Source: Glaucostegus cemiculus (taxonomy: Eukaryota). From it: a stretch of 64,000 nucleotides of DNA. The position numbers were made by a program, and so were the translations under genes. Numbering within the stretch: the first letter of the stretch is position 1; each line of letters starts with the position of its first letter. The stretch is from assembly GCA_976551045.1 (NCBI GenBank), contig CDPCPM010000074.1, forward strand, positions 12,214,001 to 12,278,000, written 5' to 3'. This document shows positions 53,801-62,800 of the stretch, piece by piece. The notes under the pieces are model-generated. The model had not been told where the DNA came from, did no database searches, and saw nothing but the letters and a program-made list of their open reading frames with translations.

Positions 53801-56800
53801 TTACTGGACTGCAGTGATAGAGAAGTGGATGCTTGATACATACAAAACTTCCAGATTATGAAGGTCTTGAAATAGTCTTGGCTTCAATGAAGTGATATGA
53901 TTATGACTGATGTACCTGGAAAAGAAAACAAAAATATACAATTAATTTGCTTTCTGGATAAAACCAATGCAACTATTTACACTAGTCCTGTAAACATACA
54001 AAAATCAGAGAAAGTATTGAGTGAATAAATAATTATGAAACAGTCAAGCAATCAGCCTAAAAACATAATTAGATTTTATTGGGTTACATAGTCAGCTTGG
54101 CAATAATAATATGCATTTATGTGCAGTTGACATCACCTACATGGACTTTAACAAGATTTTTGACAAGGTCGCTTATGATAGTCTGGTCTGGAAGGTTAGA
54201 TCACATGTCGTCCAGGATGAGCTAGTCAACTGGATAAAAAAATCACCTTAGTGGAAGGAGGGTGATAGTGGAGGGTTGTTATTCAGATTGGAGACCTATG
54301 ACTGCTGGGTCCACCGTTGTTTGTCATCTATATTAACAATTTGGATGACAATGTTGTTAACGTGGTTAGTAAGTTTGCAGATGACACCAAAATTGATGAT
54401 GTAGTGGACAGTGAAGAAGGTTATCTAAGATTACAGCAGAATCTAGAACAGGGAAGTGGGGCAAGGAATGGCAAATGGAATTTAACTCGGACAAGTGCAA
54501 AGTGTTGCATTTTGGTCAGTAAATGGTAGGGCACTGGAGAGTGTTGTAGAACAGAGGGAGTTGGGCATACAGATACATGGCTCCCTGAAAGTGGCAACAT
54601 AAGTAGACAGGGAGGTGAAGAAGGAACTTGGCATTCTTGCCTTCATCTGTCAGGGCATTGTGTACAGGAGTTAGGTCATCATGTTACAATTGTACAAGTT
54701 ATTGATGAGACCACATTTGGAATATTGTGTGCAGTTCTGGTTTGAGTTGACGGCAGCACGATAGCGTAGTGGTTAGCGCGATGCTGATACAGTGCCAGCG
54801 ATCGGGGTTTGATTCCCATCGCTGACTGTAAGGAGTTTGTACGTTCTCCCGTGTCTGCATGGGTTTCCTCCGGGTGCTCTGATTTCCTCCCACATTCTAA
54901 AGACATATGGGTAGGTTAATTTGGGGGTTTAAAATGGGCGGCGCGGACTCGTTGGGCCGAAAGGGCCTGTTACCACGCTGTAAATAAAATTTAAAAAAAA
55001 TTAAAATTAAATGTCATTAAGCTGGAAATTGCACAAAAAAATTCACAATGATGTTACCAGGACTGGAGGGCTTGATTTATATGGAGAGGCCGGATAGGCT
55101 GGGACTTTTTTTTCCTGGAGTGTAGGAGGTTGAAAGGTGACCTTACTGAGGTATATAAAATCATGAGGGGCTTAGACAAGGTGGATGGTCACAACCTTCT
55201 TTCTCAGGTTAGGGGAGTCTAAAACTGGAGTGCATTGATTTAAGATGAGAGGGGAAAGATTTAAAAGGGAGCTGAGGGGCAACATTTTCACACAGAGGGT
55301 GGTGGGTATATGGAACAAGCTGCCAAAGGAAGGTGTAAAGGCAGGTACAATTACAATGTTCAAAAGACATATGGAGAGATACATGGATAGAAAATGCTGA
55401 GAGGAATATGGACCAAATGCAGGCAAATGGGACTAGATCAGATAGACATCTTATTGAAAGGTGATGCATCTCATTTCCAATGCTCTCATTTAATTTGTAT
55501 TATGGCCAAGTTTAATTGTGTCTGGTACTTCAATACACAAGTTAAGGAAGCAGAAAAGCATGTGTTAATATATACTAAAGATAAATGGAACTTAACTAAT
55601 TTCCTGGACACATACATCCTGAATAGGAAAGACTTAGAGCGGTATCAGCCAAACGCAAGCAAATGGGACTAGCTTAGGTAGGCACCTTGGTTGGCACAGA
55701 CAATTTGTACCTGTTTCTATGCTGCATAACCCTATGATTCTTAAACCCTAGCAGAGTAAAATTCTTGTTGACAAAGCTTTGGAAAGTTTGATCTCCACTA
55801 TTACATTTTGGTAATTGTTGAGTGAAGCATCCTGAGCTACCCTTAATAGTGCAATAGCTCCCAAGCTTTCATTCTTGTTCGCATTCACTTCACTTTTCAT
55901 GCTGTATTTAACAGCAAATGATGCCTTGGAAGTACATGATGTGATTCAAGTTGTTCAAATACTAGCTTTCATCACTTCACAGCATGCAAGATGAAAAAGG
56001 CAGAATAGTGGCTAAACATTGATAGGCAGGTGAATGCAAGTTTTCTGACTGCAATAAAAGCCTTGGTAGAGGAGACAGAGAGGATTAAAAATAGGCTGAT
56101 CTGCATGGAGCACGGAAGGCCTCCAGATATAGGGTTAAAAACAAGAAACAACAGGTAGATATTGAAATCAATATCAACTCCCAAGGACATGAATGTGGTA
56201 GGACAAGGAGTTTAATTAACTCACCCAAGTGAACAAAATTAGTGAAAGCATTTTCAAAGGGAAAATCCTCTATCTTCAGCTTAGTCAATTCACCACAACT
56301 CCCACCTCTATTAATTAGGTCTCACACTAAACATTCATACCCTAAAGCTTCACACCCACACCATATAGCTTGAACATACAGCCAACTGTTCAATCATGTG
56401 AGCCACACCTTCCCAATATACTGAATGCAGCTTACTAACACATATTTCTCCACCTTGAAGCCAAAAGTGGCACACAATAGAAGTCTATAGCCAACCAAAG
56501 ATGGAGGAGCACACTTGCATGTGTCTAATATACATACTGTGCTGGCTATTATAGGTAGGCCATTGCTGAGCCTGTGAACACTGTTGGATTGAAACTATTA
56601 ATGATGATTGGACCCTTATGCCCAAACCTCCTCACATTTCACCTCCTCATCCTTTTTGATTTACAAGCTAGTGATGCACCTCTTACTTATGTTACTCATG
56701 TCCATGTTTCTTTTCAGATACCCAAAACCCTGGGTAGTGGCAATGGAGGAACATTAAGAGGATAGTGAAGATTAAGACACAGCATCATCAGAGGTGATAC

Positions 56801-59800
56801 CTTTAGGCACCAGTTTAGATATTGATACTATTTGTATTTTGAGGAGAAATCAGAAGTCGAAGTTGCACACAGTGAAACACTGAACATGAAACACTGCAGC
56901 AAGGGCAGGGTTCAAGAATTGCCTGGGCCAGATTGCCATAGGTTAAGCTCTTCTACAAAGAAGCTATTCAATGGCTTCAATGGGGCAGGAAACTAATGCT
57001 CATCATTTCTAGTCATTTCTAACATCTACAGGGCATGTTTTACCAAACAGTAAAGGAGTTTGGTTATTTTCAAGGATTCTGCATTTACCTGTAAATCCTT
57101 GACATGAGTATCTTTGTAATCATTTCACTTGGAGTACGACAGCATTGAGAGAATGGGCAGGATGAATCTAGAGCAACACAATGTGCTAGAAGTGGAATGA
57201 GGAGAAAGGAAAAGTGATTCATAGCAAGAAGGCATAAAGGCCAGTTTCAATTTATGTATGGAAGTATTTATAAGCTTATTCTGAAGCATTAAAATAAGTC
57301 ACATAGTATAAATTGTTTACTTACAATCGTTTGAGATTGTAAAGTCCACAAAAGGCAGTTTTTGAAATAGATTGCATTTGGTTATGCTGCAGGTATCTGT
57401 AAGGCAATGAAATTACAACATTTTTATTGTCTTCTTAGATTGTTTTAAATCCATATCAAACATTCAAATCATCCTACCAGAAGAAGCAGTTTCTTCTTAT
57501 ATATCTTCATAAAAATCTCATTAAATTACTGAGGGAGTCAATATTTTATGGGTTTTGATAAGAATATATAGGGATACTCTTATCAAAGTCCCATAGTTGG
57601 TGAGTGGTAAAATCTGGGTGGCATTTAATGGGAATGTAGGGAGAATGAAATGGGATTAGTATAAACAAGTGCTTGATTGTTAGCCTGGATCCAATGGACC
57701 AAAGAGCCTGTTTCTAAGTTCAGTTACCCTATGACCTCTTGCTAAACTTAATCTTTCACATTTGTGACAAGAACAATCCCAGTTTCTCTAAACTCTCCTG
57801 AAGTCCCTCAATATTGACATTATTCTATAACTTTCCAAAGCCTTGACATCCTTCCAAGACAGTCTTGAACCCAGAATCTGATATCATAACCCTACTGAAG
57901 TTTTGCAAAAAATTTTTGCTTTTGTACTGCAAAGGGAAGAAACCCATGAAATTATAGAAAAAGCAGCCTTATCAACTTAATTTGCCACCTTCAGAGGTTT
58001 ATGAATGTGAAGCCCTTTGTGTCCTAACTCATGCATCTGTTTAAGATTGTACCGTTTAGTTAATATTTATACTTTATTATTCATCAAAGGAAATTATTTC
58101 ACACCTCTCAGCATTAAATTCAATCTGCCTGTTTCACCACTGTTTTGGGTGACTCTTTATGTCTGTTACCAAGGTTCTCATGTGTGACCACACTTCTGAG
58201 TCTCATGTTATCTGCAAATACTGAATGGTGTTGCCTAGGTCCAGTCCATCTGCCTCCACATCAATGGATCATGATTCACCATTTCCACCAACGTCACACA
58301 TATCTTTCCCTCCCATTTTAGCATTGCAATGGCACCATTCTATTGGTAACATCCCAGTTCTGCCATCTATTCATGACACTTAAAAGATGTAATATCAGCT
58401 CTTTCTACCATCTATGTGATTATTTTACAAAAGTGTCTCAAATATCCAGTAACTTGCCATTTTAATCCTCCACCCCACTCTTCAGCTCCCAGTCTACATA
58501 TTTTAGGTTGGATCTCATTGGACCCAGCTCACCCCAGGAGTTGAGAGGCACAGTCTCATCTGCCCACATCTGTTCTGGAGGACAAATCTTGTTAACCTGC
58601 GCCCTCAAGTCAGGTGACAATGGTACACTGACAACTCTGGTGCAGATGGTACAAATCCCTTGACAGATTTTGAAAGAAGGTAAGCCTGGCGCTGATTCTT
58701 CGGCTTCAGTCAAACCCACGAGGTATTTTAAGAGTTTTGAAAATGGTCATAAAATACACATTATTAACTTCTTTAAATTAAATATGTTAATTAGAATCAT
58801 ATAAAGATACTTTGAAATAATTAAAAACATCAAACAGAAGTTATTTCCCCCTTAATCTGCAGCCCTGAAATCCTCATTGAAATCAATTTGGCCTCCAATC
58901 TGGTACCAAATTGGACCTGGCATTGAAGTACAGAGGTGATTTTCCTGCAAGAAGTGGCGGAATCAGGGGCAAAATTGGGCTCTGGAATGTGTTAGCCAGA
59001 TTTCTGTGTTTGGCATCACACACGAGAGAAATCCACATCAAGTGAAGCTCCAGCAGCTAAAAGTCAGCATTTATAATTAGAACCACCAATTCCAGTTTTG
59101 GTAACTCCATTGATGTATAATGTAGGCTTGAGGAGCACCATCTTTTCTTTCAACATGTGCTTCATATCTCTGTTGACAAAGTTGAAAAATTATAACCATT
59201 TCCCATCACAGTTGGAAGTATTAGAGTGACTACTAAATAGATAGTTGCTGTAAATCAAAAAAAAATTGGAAATATTCAGCTGGCCAAGCAGCATCTGAAG
59301 AGACAAGATGATTCAGCTAATTCTCATTTACCCTTTTAATGAACTCAACTTTTGTTCCTTTCTTTGTTCCTTTCTTTGTTCCATCTCTGCCCACCTATAT
59401 CTTGCACATCATTCATTTGTCATTTGTTTTCTCCTGCCTCCCATCCTAGCACTGATGTTCTCTATCATATTTCCCTGTCTCTTTTCTTGTTTAAAACCCA
59501 TTGTTGCTCTAACGGAATCAGAATCAGGTTTATTATCACTGGCATATGTTGGAAAATTTGTTGTTTTGCAGTAGCAGTACAGTGCCAGATATAAAAATTA
59601 CTATGTTACAAAAATAAATAGTGCAAAAGAGGAATAACGAGGTGGTGTTCATAGGCTCATGGACCATTCAGGAATCTGATGGCAGAGGGCAAGAAGCTGT
59701 TCCTAAAACATTGAGTGTGTGTCTTCAGGCTCCTGTACCTCCTCCCTGATGGTAGTAACATGAAGAGGGCATGTCCCAGATGGTGAGGGTCCTTAATGAT

Positions 59801-62800
59801 GGATGCCGCCTTCTTGAGGCACCGCCTCTTGAAGATATCCTCTATGGCAGGAAGGGTTGCACCCATAATGGAGCTGGCTGAGTCTACAACCCTCAGCAGC
59901 TTCTTTTGATCCTGTGCATTGGAGCATCCATACCAGGTGGTGATGCAACCAGTCAGAATGCTCTCCACTGTACATCTGTAGAAATTTGCAAGAGTCCTTC
60001 GTGACATAACAAATCTCCTCAAACTCCTAATGAAGTAGAGCCGAGAACAGTTTACTTTGTGCCACTCTTTATAATTCTTTCCCAATTTGCTGAATCTTCT
60101 TCCAGTATCTTCTCATTCTATTGCAGACGTACTGCTGAATACACACAACCAAATATGAAGGCAAGGAAATTTGTGCTCAATACTAGGAGCAGGAAGGGTT
60201 CTGACACCAGCCTAGCAAAGAGGTTTACGAAGAGGCAAGCCTTTCTAAAATGGGATAGTGATGTCCTACATCAGCACAACAGAGGACATACATAGAACAG
60301 AAGACGTACAATAAACGCAGACAAAAGAATTGTGCAAATACAAATAGTGCAAAAAATGGTATATACAGAATATAAAATCAGTGCAGGGTTAGTGCAAAAC
60401 TGAGTTGGACAAAGAAAATACAGAACTCAGTGTATTGCATTAAATGTATAAACATGTTCAGCAGCAGCCAAAGTTCTTATGCGCCATTGTGTGAACCAAG
60501 GCTTTTGACATGGCATTTGTCTGAAACTGCCTCCAGGGTATTCAGGAGCCTGACAGCCTGGGGGAAAAAACTATTGTGCAGTCCAGTAGTTCTGGCCCAG
60601 ATGTTCCCATACTGCTTGCCAGACAGCAGTGGGACAAATAGGTTGTGGGACGGATGAGAAGGGTCGTCTATGATTCTGCAGACCTCCACTACAGCATAAA
60701 CTGAGGATTTCCAACTGATGACAATATACTGCACTGGAATCTCAGACAATTACATTGCAAGTTCGGACTACTGCTAACAGGTCCTGAGTACCAGTACTTG
60801 AAGGGGCTTTCTAATTATCATATAAATTTCCAATCTGTTCTTCAGCAGGATTGAAGAACTTGGATATCAGATGCTGTATCATGGATGGCTCCACAAGTAT
60901 GCTGATGGTTTATCACACTACTTTCACACAGGAAAGGCTGGACTCCAAGTCCCACATAAAGCTCCATGTGACAATGCATATGGGTTTTCTGGTAGGACTG
61001 TCAAGGCTGTGTTTAATTGTGTTTACAAATCAACTTTCTTCCCTCGCTGGCACATTGAAGTTCTTATTTCAGTCCTCTGCAGCAGAATTGTTTATGACAT
61101 TCCTCACCATGGAGCAACCATTTGCACAATTGTTTTGTCTGGCTGGTCACAGGATGTGTTGTGTTTCATCAAGTGCAAATTCCGGCTTTAAACTGTCTGC
61201 TACATCACTCAAAGAGTCAGTATTTGAGCTGGTGACTAGAAAAATTACATTGAGTGAAGATGTGTCCTTGATTTTTCTTTTTTTCCACTACTTAGCCAGG
61301 TTGTATCTTTGGCAAAATGAATGAGGTGGTCATGAGGGAATGTGGGGGTGGATAAGTGGTTCATGCTTATCATCTGTAGCTTGCAAATCAGAAGGGTATG
61401 GGGGAAGTGGGATGCGTAAGGGAGGATTGGATTATGCTTAAAAATGTGATCATCTTCAATGCTTTCATTGCCACTGCTGGCCACAACTCATCCATAATCT
61501 CTCTAATGATGTCTTCCTCAATGGGGAATATGATGTTGAAGGCATACCTGTTCCTTGCCAATTAGCTAATGTTGCCAGTGATTCTACACTAGAATATGCC
61601 TTTTAAAGATGTGTTCACCTGCCTTAGCTGTGTACACATCTTTAAGTACTTAGTCACACCGCATCCCAGTGGTTGATGCTTGGCTCCAGGCATTTACCTC
61701 AAAGGAATCTCCTGCTTTTGCCTCCACAGTGTAAATCTGGAGACAATCCTAGTCCCTGTGGGCTGATTGTATCACTCCTCTTTACCTCGTCAGTCAAGGC
61801 TCTTCCAGTGCAGCATTAGGAAAGCATGGAGCCATGTTGCATTCACTCCCAGCAGTTCTAAAGACAACTTAAGTAGCTAATAAACTTCAGTGTGTTTGGA
61901 TGCTACAATATGTCAATGAAGACCTTCTTGGACTTCCCAATGGATATAAGAGGCATAAAAGCATTGTAATAAATGCACCAGTTTCCCAGCATGATGTAAT
62001 TTATCTCTCAAGGTAAACTGTTGGAGAATCTATTGCTGCTTTTCCTCCTCTTCATCTAACAACTTTTCCTGCTCTTAGTAGCCTTTCTTCATTGTCCCAG
62101 CCCTGTCTAAAAACCAGAGGGCTCTCTATCACAATACAATCTGAAAGCAATTCCTTTCAGCATAAGATTTTATATGACCAAAACCTATTCTATAATTTAT
62201 TAAAAGTTTAGGCATGTAAAGGAAATTTCCAAAAATGTATACAACGACAAGGAAGGAAAGCAACAACTGATGGTAAAGCACTTAACAATTCTTTGAAATT
62301 GCGTTGTGAAGTGGAATGAAAGGGAGTAGGAAATGGACAAAAGGGTGTTCCTTCATTCTCTGTAATGACACCTCTTGTTGTGCAGCTCTTATCTCCATGG
62401 TACATTGACTTATGTCCTAGTTTATCTGTCTTGCTTGTTGGGAGAAAATGTTGCTATCCCACTTCCCATTATAGATATTGGTTTATTATTGTCACTTGTA
62501 CCTAGGTACAGTGAAAAACTTGTCTTGCATACCTATCGTACAGATCAATTCATTACACAGTGCATTGAGGCAGTACAGGTAAAACAGAATACAGAGTAAA
62601 GTTTTACAGCTACAGGGGAAGTGCAGTGCAGATAGACAATAAGGTACAAGGTCATAACAAGGTAGTGTGTGAGGTCAAGAGTCCATCTTATCATATAAGG
62701 GAACCATTCAATAGTCTTATAACAGCGGGATAGAAGCTGTCCTTGAGCCTGGTGGTATGTGCCCGCAGTATCTTCTGACTGATGGGAGAGGAGAGAAAAG

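Larger units (their letters stand above)
53341..55740. repeat. Direct repeats of ~300 bp (53341-53640 and 55448-55740) flanking an RXFP2 LRR exon
   Basis: Both begin atcttattgaaaggtgatg, share tactaaagataaatggaacttaact and end in a CR1 tail; roughly 80% identity by eye. Confidence 0.9.

Noticed and set aside
54752-54825. tRNA gene
   Set aside because: It is the tRNA-derived head of a SINE; it continues into SINE core and tail with no full cloverleaf.
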